Notes: a model not told the origin generated them from the letters alone. DNA of 64,000 bases from Kiritimatiellia bacterium (GCA_040767085.1 JAXGPF010000011.1:161369-225368); one strand, 5' to 3'. Shown: positions 43,109 to 54,073, counted from the first letter of the stretch. A program made the numbers and translations.

Positions 43109-43504
43109 ATGAGCGAGATCAAACATCCCCAGGATTTAAGATATACGAAAACGCATGAGTGGGTGCGGGTGCATGACCAGTTGGTGGAAGTGGGCATTAC
43201 GGATTTTGCGCAGCACCAGCTTTCAGATATAACTTATGTGGACCTGCCGGAGCCTGACGCGCGTTTTGAAGCCGGCGAGGAAGTCGCGGTGGTGGAATCC
43301 ATCAAGGCGGCTTCGGATATATACGCGCCGGTTGCCGGAGAAATTGCGGAAGTCAATGCCGCGCTGGCCGACGCTCCGGAAGTCATCAACAGCGATCCAT
43401 TCGGCGCCGGTTGGCTGTTCCGCATCAAGCCGGATAACCTCGATGACGTGGACTCTTTGCTGTCGGCCGCCGCGTATGAGGCCTTGATTCCCAAGGAAAC
43501 TTGA
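43109..43504 (+). CDS. gcvH: Glycine cleavage system H protein
   Basis: HEWV, GITDFAQ, VESIKAAS lipoyl motif. Confidence 0.95.
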   Translation: MSEIKHPQDLRYTKTHEWVRVHDQLVEVGITDFAQHQLSDITYVDLPEPDARFEAGEEVAVVESIKAASDIYAPVAGEIAEVNAALADAPEVINSDPFGAGWLFRIKPDNLDDVDSLLSAAAYEALIPKET

Positions 43505-43532
43505 TCGGCGTCCGGCGCGCGCGTCCTGCGGA

Positions 43533-44717
43533 TTAAGCGGTCAACTCCTGCTTGACCTCCGCCAGGACCGCCAGCGCGAAATCCAGGTCGGCCCGCGTAT
43601 GCGCGGCCGAAATTTGCACCCGGATGCGCGCCTTGCCCTGCGGCACCACCGGGTAGAAGAACCCAATCGCGTAAACGCCTTTTTCCAGCAGGCGCGCGGC
43701 CATTTTCTGCGCCAGCGCGGCTTCGCCCAGCATGATCGGAATAATGGGGTGTTCCCCGGGGGCGATCTTGAATCCGCGTTCCGCCAGCCCGGCGCGGAAA
43801 TAAGCGGCGCCGGCCATCAGGCGGTCGCGCAACTCGGTGGAGGACTCCAGCAATTCCAGCGCGCGGATCGAGGCGGCCGCGATCATCGGCGCCAGCGTGT
43901 TGGAAAACAGGTACGGGCGCGAGCGCTGCCGCAGCAGGCCGATGATTTCGCGCCGGCCGCTGGTGTAGCCGCCGCTGGCGCCGCCCAGCGCCTTGCCCAG
44001 CGTGCCGGTGATGATATCCACCCGCTGCATCACTCCGCAGTGTTCATGCGTGCCGCGGCCGCGCGGCCCGAGAAAGCCGACGGCGTGCGAATCGTCAATC
44101 ATCACCAGCGCCCGGTAACGGTCGGCCAGGTCGCAGATTTCCCCGAGGCGCGCGATGGCGCCATCCATCGAAAAAACACCGTCCGTGGCAATCAGCCGCA
44201 ACCGCGCCTTGGCGGACTCCTGCAGCCGGGTTTCCAGTTCCGCCATGTCGCCGTTGCGGTACCGCAGGCGCGCGGCTTTGCAGAGCCGGATGCCGTCAAT
44301 GATGCTGGCATGGTTCAATTCGTCGCTGATGACCGCGTCTTCCGGGCCCAGCAGGGTTTCAAACAGGCCGCCATTGGCGTCAAAGCAGGAAGAATACAGG
44401 ATCGTGTCTTCCGTGCCGAGAAACGCCGACAGCTTATCCTCCAGTTGCTTGTGAATCGCCTGCGTGCCGCAGATAAACCGCACGGAAGCCAGGCCGTAGC
44501 CCCAGCGGTCCAGCGCGGCGCGCGCCGCCGCCATGACCTCCGGATGCGCCGCCAGCCCGAGGTAATTGTTGGCGCACATGTTCAACACTTCGCGGCCGCC
44601 CTGCACGGTAATCCGGGCGCGCTGGGGGCTGGCGATGACGCGCTCCGTCTTGAACAGGCCGGCGGCCTGGATTTGTTCCAACTGCGCTTGAAAATGCTGT
44701 TGTATTGATGCATGCAT
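43533..44717 (-). CDS. kbl: Glycine C-acetyltransferase (2-amino-3-ketobutyrate CoA ligase)
   Basis: [40 protein letters not shown] motifs. Confidence 0.95.
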   Translation of the reverse strand: MHASIQQHFQAQLEQIQAAGLFKTERVIASPQRARITVQGGREVLNMCANNYLGLAAHPEVMAAARAALDRWGYGLASVRFICGTQAIHKQLEDKLSAFLGTEDTILYSSCFDANGGLFETLLGPEDAVISDELNHASIIDGIRLCKAARLRYRNGDMAELETRLQESAKARLRLIATDGVFSMDGAIARLGEICDLADRYRALVMIDDSHAVGFLGPRGRGTHEHCGVMQRVDIITGTLGKALGGASGGYTSGRREIIGLLRQRSRPYLFSNTLAPMIAAASIRALELLESSTELRDRLMAGAAYFRAGLAERGFKIAPGEHPIIPIMLGEAALAQKMAARLLEKGVYAIGFFYPVVPQGKARIRVQISAAHTRADLDFALAVLAEVKQELTA

Positions 44718-44805
44718 GGCAGAATCTCCCGGTTATAACTTTAAAAGTTTTAAGGTTTTACGCAAGAACACCGTGGCTTTTGAAACCAGCCCGGATATAA
44801 ACCAA

Positions 44806-45798
44806 TCATGCCCGCAAAATTTCGTCAATGGCGGCCAATTCCGCTGGGCTGAATTCCAGGCGCTGGAGCGCCGCCACGTCCGCCTCGATCTGTTCCGCCC
44901 GGCTGGCGCCGATCAGGGCGGAAGTCACGCCGGGCTGGCGCAACACCCAGGCCAGGGCCATTTGCGCCAGGGTCTGGTTCCGCGCCCGGGCCAGCGCGTC
45001 CAGTTTTCCGACGCGGCCCAGTTTTTCGGCGGTGATTTGTTCTGGCTTCAGCGCCCCATGCGGCTTGGCGGCCCGCGAGTCCGGGGGAATGCCATGCAGA
45101 TATTTATCGGTCAGCAACCCCTGCGCCAGCGGGCAGAAGGCGATGCAGCCGATGCCCTCCTCCGCCAGGCCGGGCAGTAAGCCCTCTTCGATCCGGCGGT
45201 TGAACATGTTGTACGAAGGCTGATGAATCAGGCAGGGTGTGCCCAAATTGCGCAGAATCTGCGCCGCCTGCCGGGTTTGTTCCGGCGTGTAGGAGGAAAT
45301 GCCCGCATACAGTGCCTTGCCCTGCCGGACCGCCAGATCGAGCGCGCCCAGCGTTTCCTCCATGGGCGTGGCGGGGTCCGGACGATGGTGGTAAAATATA
45401 TCCACATAATCCAGGCCCATGCGCCGCAGGCTTTGATCCAGGCTGGCGATGAGGTATTTTTTCGATCCCCAATCGCCGTACGGCCCCGGCCACATGCGCC
45501 AGCCAGCCTTGCTGGAAATCACCAGCTCATCGCGATACCCGGCCAGGTCTTCCTTCAGAATCCGTCCGAAAGTTTCCTCGGCCGAGCCGGGCGGCGGACC
45601 GTAATTATTGGCCAGGTCGAAATGGGTGATCCCCAGGTCGAAGGCGCGGCGCACCATAGCCCGGCAATTTTCCAGGCAATCTACCCCGCCGAAATTATGC
45701 CAGAATCCCAGGGAGATGGGCGGTAAAAACAGGCCGCTGCGTCCGCAGCGGCGGTACGGCATGTCGGCATAACGCTTTTCGGACGGCCATGGTTGCAT
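44806..45798 (-). CDS. Aldo/keto reductase (YghZ/MgrA-like L-glyceraldehyde-3-phosphate reductase)
   Basis: GFWHNFG, FDLANNYGPPPGSAE, WPGPYG motifs. Confidence 0.9.
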   Translation of the reverse strand: MQPWPSEKRYADMPYRRCGRSGLFLPPISLGFWHNFGGVDCLENCRAMVRRAFDLGITHFDLANNYGPPPGSAEETFGRILKEDLAGYRDELVISSKAGWRMWPGPYGDWGSKKYLIASLDQSLRRMGLDYVDIFYHHRPDPATPMEETLGALDLAVRQGKALYAGISSYTPEQTRQAAQILRNLGTPCLIHQPSYNMFNRRIEEGLLPGLAEEGIGCIAFCPLAQGLLTDKYLHGIPPDSRAAKPHGALKPEQITAEKLGRVGKLDALARARNQTLAQMALAWVLRQPGVTSALIGASRAEQIEADVAALQRLEFSPAELAAIDEILRA

Positions 45799-45862
45799 GG
45801 AACCCCTGGGATTGTTTGCGATTTGCTGTTGGGCAAGAAGGTTATGCCGAGTCCGGGTAAAG

Positions 45863-47164
45863 TCAATCCTGAAAATGGGCGGGCGCCGTCCGCGCGCCGG
45901 CGACATTGCCGGCAGTCTTTGCAGGCGGCCGGAACGGGCGGAGCGCCCACCCGTAAAACGCCGCCAGGATAAGAAAGCTGCCGGCGCAGAAAACCAGGCC
46001 GGCAATGCGCCGCAGGGTGAACCCGTATTCGCGGATGTAAAGCAGCAACATGTAAAAATCTGCGGTCAGGATGCTGAACAGGAACAGGCCGATGAGGATG
46101 GCGGATAAGGCGAAGGCCCAGTAGCCGGCGCGGCGCCGGCCATCCATGACGGCCCGCGCGATGGCCATGAAAACCAACATGAGCGCGGCAAAGATGGTGA
46201 ATAAAAGCAGCCATTTACCGATGCTCGGCTGGTCCATGCAAAACCCGGCATTGTCATGACCGAAATAACCATGAAACATCCGGCCGGTCAACAAGCCAAA
46301 CAGGGCGTAGCCGCCGTAGGTTGCCAATGAAATCGCGGCCACCGCCATGGCGGCCGCGGTTTGCAGGGGAGCGGCCGTGCATCCTGCCTGGTGATGCTCC
46401 GCTGACGCGGGCTTCAACAGCAGCAGCAACGGGCAGGCCAGCCAGGTAAACGCGCAGAAACCCAGCATTAGCGCGGCAATCAGCGGCACCGCCCATGCGA
46501 GCAGCCAGCCGCCGCGCCCGACGCAGGCCAGCAATAAAACGATCCCGGCCAGGACGATGAGGGCCAGCGCGAGGCGGATGCCGGCCTTGCCGGCGGCATA
46601 CAATGCGTGGAAATCTGGCCAAGGGATGCGTTCCGACGGCGGGCAGAACAAATGCAGCAAGGCGCAGCTGATCCAGGCCCACATACCGAAGTCAAACCAC
46701 GCCGAGCCCGCCGGGCGCGAATAATGCCAGACAAAGTTTGCCGCGCCCATCGCGAAGATATAAGGAAAGCCAGCCCAAACCAGGCGCAGGATTTGGAAGG
46801 CAAATGGGGATTGGCCGGCAGGCTTCCGCGGCCGCGCGGCATACAGGAAATAAGGCGCCGCCAGGGCGCGGATGACACGCCGGATGATTCCTGCCCGGCG
46901 GCCCGGCGCGGGCCGGTCCACCGCCGGCGCCCAGCCGGCGGAGTTCTTCCGTGCCAGGCGGCGGAGCATTCCGGCGCCGGCCAGCGCGGCTGCGAGCCAG
47001 CCGGCCACCGCCGTCCAGTCCGCGCCGATCAGCGGTATGGGGAAATAATACCATGGGCCGCGGCAGAGCCATGCGCCCAGCCCGCCCAGGATGATGGTAA
47101 AAAATAAACGCCATGCTTGGATTCGGCTGTAATGATCGGGGCATGAAGTTTGATTGCAGGTCAT
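45863..47164 (-). CDS. Polytopic membrane protein (DUF4153-like C-terminus)
   Basis: Many hydrophobic helices; LYIREYGFTLRR. Confidence 0.6.
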   Translation of the reverse strand: MTCNQTSCPDHYSRIQAWRLFFTIILGGLGAWLCRGPWYYFPIPLIGADWTAVAGWLAAALAGAGMLRRLARKNSAGWAPAVDRPAPGRRAGIIRRVIRALAAPYFLYAARPRKPAGQSPFAFQILRLVWAGFPYIFAMGAANFVWHYSRPAGSAWFDFGMWAWISCALLHLFCPPSERIPWPDFHALYAAGKAGIRLALALIVLAGIVLLLACVGRGGWLLAWAVPLIAALMLGFCAFTWLACPLLLLLKPASAEHHQAGCTAAPLQTAAAMAVAAISLATYGGYALFGLLTGRMFHGYFGHDNAGFCMDQPSIGKWLLLFTIFAALMLVFMAIARAVMDGRRRAGYWAFALSAILIGLFLFSILTADFYMLLLYIREYGFTLRRIAGLVFCAGSFLILAAFYGWALRPFRPPAKTAGNVAGARTAPAHFQD

Positions 47165-47176
47165 CGCATCCTCCGG

Positions 47177-48307
47177 TTATATTTTTTTCCGCCCGGCCAG
47201 CCAGTCCGCGATCAGGGCGCATTCCAGGCCGAACGGCAGGTAGCCGGCGTAGCCTAGGATCGGCATTTCAAAAATATGGAACCGGCCGACAAATGGCACG
47301 GCGTAAACCCATTTAGCGAGGCTGTAATAATTCCAGAGTTCCCAGAAAAATCCGCAAATCAGCGCGGACAACGCCAACAGGATTATCCGCCGCCAATCGC
47401 CATGGCCCAGGTCGGCCAGCAGCGTCGGCCGGCCGGTCAGTGACTGGAGCGATGCCAGCAAGCCCAGCGGCGCCAGCCAGAGCAGCGGAAACAGGTAATC
47501 CGGCCAGATGCCGATGCCCGCCAGCCCGGCCGCCGAAGCGGCGCAAACAAAAATCATGGTCCGCCGCGCATTGATGGCCGGCACGGAGCCAAACCCGGTC
47601 AAGCCGGCATATAGCCGCGGGTAGGCGGCCAGGAGTTCATAGGTGCCCATGACTGCCGGCAACACGGTGGAGAAAGGCAAAGTGGCAAATAAAAAATATT
47701 CCAGGGGGGTCAGGGCACCCAGTCCGACGTAATACCAGTTCTGAACGAAACGGTTCAGGTATTCGAACAGCCACCAGAAAGTGGCGCTGGCGGCAAACAA
47801 TTGGAGCAGATATCCGGGGCGATGGGTCAGCATGCATTGCCCGGTGCGCCGGTGCACCAGGGCGTTGATCACGATGATATAGCTGAACCATAACGGGCTG
47901 AAGGTAAACGATTGCAGCGGGGTAAACCAGGCGAAGCGCGTCCAGGCCAGGGCCCATGCCGTTGCGCCGCCGATTAATCCCAGCCAGCCCCAGCCGGGGA
48001 AGCGGCGGGCGGAGGGCGGAAGCGCCGGCGCCGAGGATGGGATGACCGGCGCGGCGCGGGCGGGGCGGCCAGGATATAGGATGCGCTTGGCAAACAGCAA
48101 CGCAACGCCGACAATCAAAACGGCCAATCCGATAAACGCCGGCCAGGCGAAGGCGGCATGTTCAACGTAATGGGTCAGCGGCGGGAATTCCAGGTAATGT
48201 TTCAGCGGCCGGCTGCCGGCCAGGATGCCCGGCAGGGGCAGGCCGAGCAACAGTCCAATCGTCAGGATGACCGGCGCAGGTGAGGGTGGTCTAAGCTGGG
48301 TTTGCAT
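47177..48307 (-). CDS. Conserved-looking membrane protein
   Basis: WWLFEYLNRFVQNWYY and FWELWNYYS...FEMPILGYAGYLPF in a hydrophobic ORF. Confidence 0.7.
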   Translation of the reverse strand: MQTQLRPPSPAPVILTIGLLLGLPLPGILAGSRPLKHYLEFPPLTHYVEHAAFAWPAFIGLAVLIVGVALLFAKRILYPGRPARAAPVIPSSAPALPPSARRFPGWGWLGLIGGATAWALAWTRFAWFTPLQSFTFSPLWFSYIIVINALVHRRTGQCMLTHRPGYLLQLFAASATFWWLFEYLNRFVQNWYYVGLGALTPLEYFLFATLPFSTVLPAVMGTYELLAAYPRLYAGLTGFGSVPAINARRTMIFVCAASAAGLAGIGIWPDYLFPLLWLAPLGLLASLQSLTGRPTLLADLGHGDWRRIILLALSALICGFFWELWNYYSLAKWVYAVPFVGRFHIFEMPILGYAGYLPFGLECALIADWLAGRKKI

Positions 48308-48360
48308 GGAGATTCTCCAAATAATCGGATGGCAGGCATCGGCCGGCCACCCCGGGTTTA

Positions 48361-48741
48361 TCAGGCCGGCGCGGTGGAGCGCGCGCCGCCAGGTTTCCAA
48401 CAAGCTTTTTTGCCGGGGCTGGCGGCCTGTTTGGCGTGTTCCAGCACTTCTTCCAGCGCGGCCAGGTATTCGTTGAATCGCTGCAAGCCGGTTGGAGTGA
48501 GGCGGACGGTGGTCCGGGGACGGAGGTTGATAAATTTTTTATCCATGCGCACAATCCCGGTTTCCTCCAGCAATTTCAGGTGCCGGTTAAGGTTGCCGTC
48601 GGTCAGGCGGCAGGATGCCTTCAGGCCGGTGAAGGCGACGCCCCCATCGGCCGCGCACAAGGCCGAGATGATGGCCAGGCGGTTGGGTTCGTGGAAGATT
48701 TTTTCCAATCCATCAAAGGGAACGTCAATGCTTGTCTGCAT
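48361..48741 (-). CDS. Winged-helix transcriptional regulator (HTH_34/MarR-like)
   Basis: IFHEPNRLAI, LTDGNLNRHL, RPRT motifs. Confidence 0.85.
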   Translation of the reverse strand: MQTSIDVPFDGLEKIFHEPNRLAIISALCAADGGVAFTGLKASCRLTDGNLNRHLKLLEETGIVRMDKKFINLRPRTTVRLTPTGLQRFNEYLAALEEVLEHAKQAASPGKKACWKPGGARSTAPA

Positions 48742-49363
48742 CCTGGATATCCTCCTGCAGTTCCAGATTATTTTCATGGTTCAACCGGAATAAGATAAAG
48801 CCGCCGCTTAATTCCCCGAGCCCGAAAACCAGGCCCATGGGGCAGGGATTGGTGAATGTCGCATGCGGCCAGGCGAGCATGACCAGTCCGGCAGCCAGGT
48901 AAAACAGGCCGACCAGGTAATTGGCGAACGGCAAGCTGTTGCGATAGGGGATGTGCGCCAGCCCGTAGAGGCACATCCAGGCGCCGAAAAGCAGATCGTA
49001 GGCGCCATGCATGACCAGAGCCAGGCTGAGGCCCGCGCCGGCGGCCAGGGCTGGCAACGCGTCGCCGGCCGGCATCAGTTCGCGCAGCGGCCGGCGGCCG
49101 CCCGGCCGGATGATAAACCAGCCGAGCAGCGCGCCGTAATTGCAGGCCAGCGCCCCGGCCAGCACGGCGGACCAGCCGCGGAGGTGGGCGGTGGGTGTGG
49201 CCGGGAAATCCGGCCGGGCCATGGCCGCCGCGCCGGCGAGCGCCAGCAGGCCGCCGGCCATCCGCGCAATCCCCGAGTATCCGCGGAACAGGCGTTTGGC
49301 GAGGATTAAATCCCGCAGTTGGCGGACCTGCCGCAGGGCGTGATGGACATGCCTGGCAATCAT
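48725..49363 (-). CDS. Membrane protein
   Basis: RBS AAGGAGG; several TM helices; overlaps the regulator start. Confidence 0.7.
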   Translation of the reverse strand: MIARHVHHALRQVRQLRDLILAKRLFRGYSGIARMAGGLLALAGAAAMARPDFPATPTAHLRGWSAVLAGALACNYGALLGWFIIRPGGRRPLRELMPAGDALPALAAGAGLSLALVMHGAYDLLFGAWMCLYGLAHIPYRNSLPFANYLVGLFYLAAGLVMLAWPHATFTNPCPMGLVFGLGELSGGFILFRLNHENNLELQEDIQDADKH

Positions 49364-49405
49364 GGCTTTTCCTCCTTGGCGCTGACAATCTACAACAAGG
49401 CAAAG

Positions 49406-49424
49406 TACTTTGCAAGACAAAGTA
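49406..49424. promoter_or_regulatory. Palindromic operator candidate
   Basis: TACTTTG-CAAGA-CAAAGTA upstream of the regulator operon. Confidence 0.55.
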
Positions 49425-49716
49425 TTAAATATTTTTTTCTGGTTCGCCCGCCGGCCGCCCACCGGGCCGATTCGGCGGTTGAAGCCGGCAGCGTTTAACG
49501 CTCTGCTGATATTGCATGCAGAAATTCAATCTTGTTCATTGCCGGAGGATGGTTGAAATGGTAAACTGTCCAATAGACAACTTACTGGCGGCGGACACCT
49601 GCCGCGCAGGTTGCGTCTGGCGCAAAAAAGGAGGGCTTGCCATGCGTGGAAAAATAATAAGCACGCGACTTTGCTGTAGTGGCGCCACTGCGTGGCGCAA
49701 TCCGGAATCCGTAGCC

Positions 49717-50223
49717 ATGCGGAAAAAAATGATAAGCGCGGTGCTGTTGGCGCTGGCAGTCGCCGCGTGCGGCGGCTGCGATTTTACCGTTCCGCTAACA
49801 ACGGCGCCCGCTCTCCCCATGGACCAATCGCTGGCCGGGTTGTGGCAGAGCGCCCAGGCGGGCGGGCCGGCGGACGAGCTGCTGGTGCTGCCGCTGGGGC
49901 CGCTGGAAATGCTGGTCGCATACCCGGCCGGCAAGAAAGACGCCATGTTCGCCCGCGCCTGCCTCTGGCGCGGCGCGGAATTAACCCTGGTGCAGTTGCA
50001 GTGGCTGGGCACGGCCCGGGGCGTGCTGCCGCAAGACCCGCGGGTTTTCCAGTTCGCCTCCTGCCAGTTGGAAGATGGCTGTCTCCGCGTGCGGCTCCTG
50101 AACGCTGAAATTCTGCCGAAAGACGCCCAGACTGCCGGAGAATTGACCCGGGCAATCGCAAAACTCAGGGACGACAAAAACCTGTTCCGCCCGGCCCTGG
50201 AATTCCGGCGGATCAAAAATTGA
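49717..50223 (+). CDS. Putative lipoprotein
   Basis: MRKKMISAVLLALAVAACGGC lipobox-like signal. Confidence 0.65.
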   Translation: MRKKMISAVLLALAVAACGGCDFTVPLTTAPALPMDQSLAGLWQSAQAGGPADELLVLPLGPLEMLVAYPAGKKDAMFARACLWRGAELTLVQLQWLGTARGVLPQDPRVFQFASCQLEDGCLRVRLLNAEILPKDAQTAGELTRAIAKLRDDKNLFRPALEFRRIKN

Positions 50224-50252
50224 TTACCTGCAATCATCGGGAGGAATCGGAA

Positions 50253-51425
50253 ATGATGGAACCGGCGCAGATCAAAAAAATGGCGGAAGGATTAATGCCG
50301 CGCCTGCGGACATGGCGCCGCGATTTTCACCAGCAGCCGGAATTGTCCGGCCAGGAGCGGCGCACCGCGGCTAAAATCGGGGAAATCCTGCGCGGCTTGG
50401 GCTTGCGGGTGCAAACCGGCGTGGGAGGGCTGGGCGTGGTGGGGTTGCTGCCGGGGCCGCGCGGCGGCGGCGCCGTGGCGATCCGCGCCGACATGGATGC
50501 TTTGCCCGTGTCGGAAACCAATGCAATCCCTTACCGGTCGCGCGCGGCGGGCGTGATGCATGCCTGCGGCCATGACGCGCACATGGCCATGGCGCTGGGC
50601 GCGGCAGCCATCCTGAGCCGTCAAAAATTGCCGGGCGCGGTGAAGTTCATCTTTCAGCCGGAGGAGGAAACAGTCAACGGCGCCAAGGCCATGGTCAAGG
50701 ACGGCGTCATGCGCCATCCCGCGGTGGACGCGATTTTCGCGCTGCATCTCAAGCCGGACCTGGAATTCGGGACCATCGCGCTCCGCGACGGTTTGAGCAT
50801 GGCGGCCGGCATCCATTTTACCATCCGGGTCAGCGGCCGTGGCGGGCATGGCGCCCGCCCGGACATCGCGGCGGATCCCCTGCCGCCGGCCCACCAGATT
50901 TATGCGGCGCTGCAAACCATCCGGCGCACCCTGCCGCCGGTGGCGCCCTGTGTGTTATCGGTTTGCGCCTTCAATGGAGGCCGGGTGCATAATATCATTC
51001 CCGCCACGGTGGAAATACTGGGGACCTTGCGGACCATCGAGGCTTCCGCCCAGCGGCAGGCCATCCGGGAAATTCGCGCCATCGTCCGCAACATAGCCGC
51101 GGCGTTCCATGTCCGCGCCGCCGTGTCTTTTTCAACCGGCACCCCGGCGTTGAATAATGCCGCCGGACCGGCGGCATTGTTGCGCCGGGCGGCGGCCGCG
51201 CTGCGCTTACCGGTGCGCACGGCTGAAATGATGATGGTCAGCGAAGATTTTGCCTTTTTCCAGCGGGAGGCGCCGGGGGTCCTGGCCTGGCTGGGAACGC
51301 GGCGTGGGAAAAAAGGGTGCAGTCTGCACGCGCCGGACTTCGATTTTGACGAAACGGTCCTGCCGCGCGGCGCGGCCCTACTGGCGTCTTGCGCGCTGAA
51401 CCAACTCCAGGCCGGACAACGTTAG
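50253..51425 (+). CDS. M20-family amidohydrolase
   Basis: RADMDALP, MHACGHD, FQPEEE, SEDF motifs. Confidence 0.92.
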   Translation: MMEPAQIKKMAEGLMPRLRTWRRDFHQQPELSGQERRTAAKIGEILRGLGLRVQTGVGGLGVVGLLPGPRGGGAVAIRADMDALPVSETNAIPYRSRAAGVMHACGHDAHMAMALGAAAILSRQKLPGAVKFIFQPEEETVNGAKAMVKDGVMRHPAVDAIFALHLKPDLEFGTIALRDGLSMAAGIHFTIRVSGRGGHGARPDIAADPLPPAHQIYAALQTIRRTLPPVAPCVLSVCAFNGGRVHNIIPATVEILGTLRTIEASAQRQAIREIRAIVRNIAAAFHVRAAVSFSTGTPALNNAAGPAALLRRAAAALRLPVRTAEMMMVSEDFAFFQREAPGVLAWLGTRRGKKGCSLHAPDFDFDETVLPRGAALLASCALNQLQAGQR

Positions 51426-51524
51426 ACAGGAGGATGCGCCTTGAACCTCCCCCAACCGTGAACCAGCGGAACCTCGATTAACCGCGAAAAAATTTATGGT
51501 ACGGTCAAATAACAGGTGATCACT

Positions 51525-52658
51525 ATGGATTTATATGCCAAGTACGGGTTGCGGCGGGTAATCAATGCCTATGACAAGGCCACCCATCTCGGCGGCGCCC
51601 GCACCGCTCCGGCGGTGGCGCAGGCCGTGGCCGAGGCCTTGCAGGAATGTTTTCACATGGAAGACTTGCAGACGGCGGCCGGCCGGGCGCTGGCGCAAGC
51701 CACCGGGGCGGAGTGGGGGTGCGTCACCGCTTGCGCGGCCGCGGGCATCACCCTGGGCGCCGCGGCGGCCATGACCGGGAGCGATCCGGGTAAAATTGCC
51801 CAGTTGCCGGACACGCGCGGCCTGGCCAACCGGATCATCCTGCAAAAGGGGCATGCCGTGAATTTCGGCGCGCCGGTCGCCCAACTGCTGCGCCTGGCCG
51901 GGGCGGCAGTGGTGGAAGTCGGCGCCGCCAACAGTTGCCGGCCCTGGCATGTGCAGCATGCGCTGCGGCAAGGCCCGGCGGCGGCGGTGATGGCGGTGGA
52001 ATCATACCATACGGCCGGCTATGGCGGCGTGCCGCTGCCGGAACTGGCCGAACTGGCGCACGCGGCGGGCGTGCCGCTGCTGCTGGACGCGGCGACGCAG
52101 GAATTGCGGCTGCGCGAATTGGTCCAGGCGGGCCCGGATTTGATTTATTGCAGCGCGCATAAGTATTTGGCCGCGCCTACCGCCGGGGTCGTGGTTGGAC
52201 GCAAAGACCTGGTGGAAGCGGTGTTGCTGCAAAACGCCGGGATCGGCCGCGGCATGAAAGTCGGCAAGGAAGGCATCGTCGGATTGCTGGCGGCTCTGGA
52301 ACAGCCGCCTGCCTGCGATACTGCCGCCTGGGCCGCCGCTGAAAAAATCAAGGCGCAAAGCCTGGTGGAATGTTTGCAAGCCGTTCCGGGCGTCAAGGTT
52401 GCCCTTTCCCCCGATCCCAACGGCTGTCCTTTTGAACGTGTGCGCATCGAACTGCCGCCGGGGCAGGGGCCGCAGATATCGAAAAATCTGCGGGAGCGTT
52501 TGCTGCAAAACGATCCCGGCATTGTGGTGCGCGCTTACGCTGGCGATCCCGGCAGCGTTTATATCAATACGACGGAAATGACAGCCGCGGAAGTTGCTAC
52601 CGCCGGCCGCATCATTTGTTCCATCATGCAAGGCGGCGGAACTGGCGCGCGGGACTGA
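51525..52658 (+). CDS. SelA-like PLP enzyme (DgaE-like)
   Basis: RRVINA, DAA, SAHKYL, RGMKVGKE motifs. Confidence 0.8.
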   Translation: MDLYAKYGLRRVINAYDKATHLGGARTAPAVAQAVAEALQECFHMEDLQTAAGRALAQATGAEWGCVTACAAAGITLGAAAAMTGSDPGKIAQLPDTRGLANRIILQKGHAVNFGAPVAQLLRLAGAAVVEVGAANSCRPWHVQHALRQGPAAAVMAVESYHTAGYGGVPLPELAELAHAAGVPLLLDAATQELRLRELVQAGPDLIYCSAHKYLAAPTAGVVVGRKDLVEAVLLQNAGIGRGMKVGKEGIVGLLAALEQPPACDTAAWAAAEKIKAQSLVECLQAVPGVKVALSPDPNGCPFERVRIELPPGQGPQISKNLRERLLQNDPGIVVRAYAGDPGSVYINTTEMTAAEVATAGRIICSIMQGGGTGARD

Positions 52659-52661
52659 AAA

Positions 52662-52695
52662 ACACACCCGGCCGTCTGATGCCGGCCGGGTGTGT
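52662..52695. terminator. Hairpin between convergent genes
   Basis: ACACACCCGGCCG-8 nt-CGGCCGGGTGTGT. Confidence 0.6.
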
Positions 52696-52724
52696 CCCGT
52701 CAATCAAGCGTGCCGGGAAGGATT

Positions 52725-53243
52725 TCAGCCTGCCGCGGCGGCGGCCGGCGGCGTGAACACGCGCGTCGCCAGATCCTTATCCAGCATGAACAGGCCGTTA
52801 CCATCATTGCCGATCAACTTCAAGCGGGCGAGGATGTCGTTGTCGTTGGCCTCCTCTTCGATCTGTTCGGTAACGAACCACTGCATGAAGATTTGCGTGG
52901 CATGATCCTTTTCGCCCACCGCCGTGTCCATCACTTCGTTGATGCTCCGGGTGATGAATTTTTCATGTTTCAAGGTTTGCTCGAACATGTCCGTCAACGA
53001 TTTGAATGAAGCCGGCGTGGCGTCCACCGCGCCCAGCAGCACCTGTTCGCCCTGGTTGAGCACATAATCATGGATTTTCATGAAATGCGTCATTTCTTCC
53101 TGATACTGCACCATGAACCAGTTGGCCGCGCCCTTCATCCCGATGTAGGATGCGTATGCCGACATGGACAGATAAAGGTAGGCTGAATAAAACTCCCGCC
53201 CCATCTGCTGATTTAACGCTTCCGCCATTTTTTTGGATAACAT
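52725..53243 (-). CDS. ftnA: Non-heme ferritin
   Basis: EFYSAYLYLSMS, EEMTH, WFVTEQIEEE motifs. Confidence 0.92.
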   Translation of the reverse strand: MLSKKMAEALNQQMGREFYSAYLYLSMSAYASYIGMKGAANWFMVQYQEEMTHFMKIHDYVLNQGEQVLLGAVDATPASFKSLTDMFEQTLKHEKFITRSINEVMDTAVGEKDHATQIFMQWFVTEQIEEEANDNDILARLKLIGNDGNGLFMLDKDLATRVFTPPAAAAAG

Positions 53244-53252
53244 GAATTGCTC

Positions 53253-53825
53253 CTACCAATTTTCGCCCAGCAGTTCGAAATGCGCCCGCGGATGGGCGCA
53301 GGCCAGGCAAGTATCCGGCGCCTCTTTGCCGCGATGGAGATAACCGCAGTTGCGGCAGCGCCAGACCGTTTCCGTTTCACGTTTGAAAACGCGGCCCTGG
53401 GCAATGTTGGCCGCCAGGTCAAGGTAACGTTTTTCGTGCTGGCGCTCGGCCACGGCAATGGCTTCGAAAATTTTGGCAATCGCTTCAAAACCTTCCTTCC
53501 GTGCGGTCTTGGCGAAGTCCGGATACATTTCCGACCACTCGTGATGTTCGCCCCCGGCGGCTGCCTTAAGGTTTTCCTCGGTGGTGACAATCATACCCGC
53601 CGGGAAGGCGGCCTTGATTTCCACTTCGCCTCCCTGCAGGAGTTTGAACAGGCGCTTGGCATGCTCTTTTTCCTGGTTGGCGGTTTCCGCAAAAATGTCG
53701 GCGATTTGCACGAAACAATCCTTGCGCGCCTGGCCGGCAAAGTAATCATAACGATTGCGCGCCTGCGATTCGCCGGCAAATGCGGTTAAAATATTTTTCT
53801 CGGTCTGGCTGCCCTTCAGTTCCAT
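53253..53825 (-). CDS. rbr: Rubrerythrin
   Basis: AFAGESQARNRY, EKEHA, WRCRNCG...CLAC motifs. Confidence 0.95.
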   Translation of the reverse strand: MELKGSQTEKNILTAFAGESQARNRYDYFAGQARKDCFVQIADIFAETANQEKEHAKRLFKLLQGGEVEIKAAFPAGMIVTTEENLKAAAGGEHHEWSEMYPDFAKTARKEGFEAIAKIFEAIAVAERQHEKRYLDLAANIAQGRVFKRETETVWRCRNCGYLHRGKEAPDTCLACAHPRAHFELLGENW

Positions 53826-53911
53826 GGCTGCTCCTATCAATGTGGGTTTGAATTAATGCTGCTCTATTCTGCCGCGGCGCGCCGGCAATTGCCCGCTGCG
53901 CCGGCTGTAGA

Positions 53912-54073
53912 TTAATCCGCGGGCGAAAACTCGTCCTTCCCGACGCCGCATTCCGGGCAAACCCAGGTGTCCGGCAGGTCTTCAAAGGCCGTGCCGGGGG
54001 CCACGCCATTGTCTGGGTCGCCCTTGGTCGGATCGTAAATGTATCCGCAGACGTTGCATTTGTATTTTTTCAT
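53912..54073 (-). CDS. Rubredoxin
   Basis: Hand translation [15 protein letters not shown]...[13 protein letters not shown] (53 aa). Confidence 0.96.
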   Translation of the reverse strand: MKKYKCNVCGYIYDPTKGDPDNGVAPGTAFEDLPDTWVCPECGVGKDEFSPAD

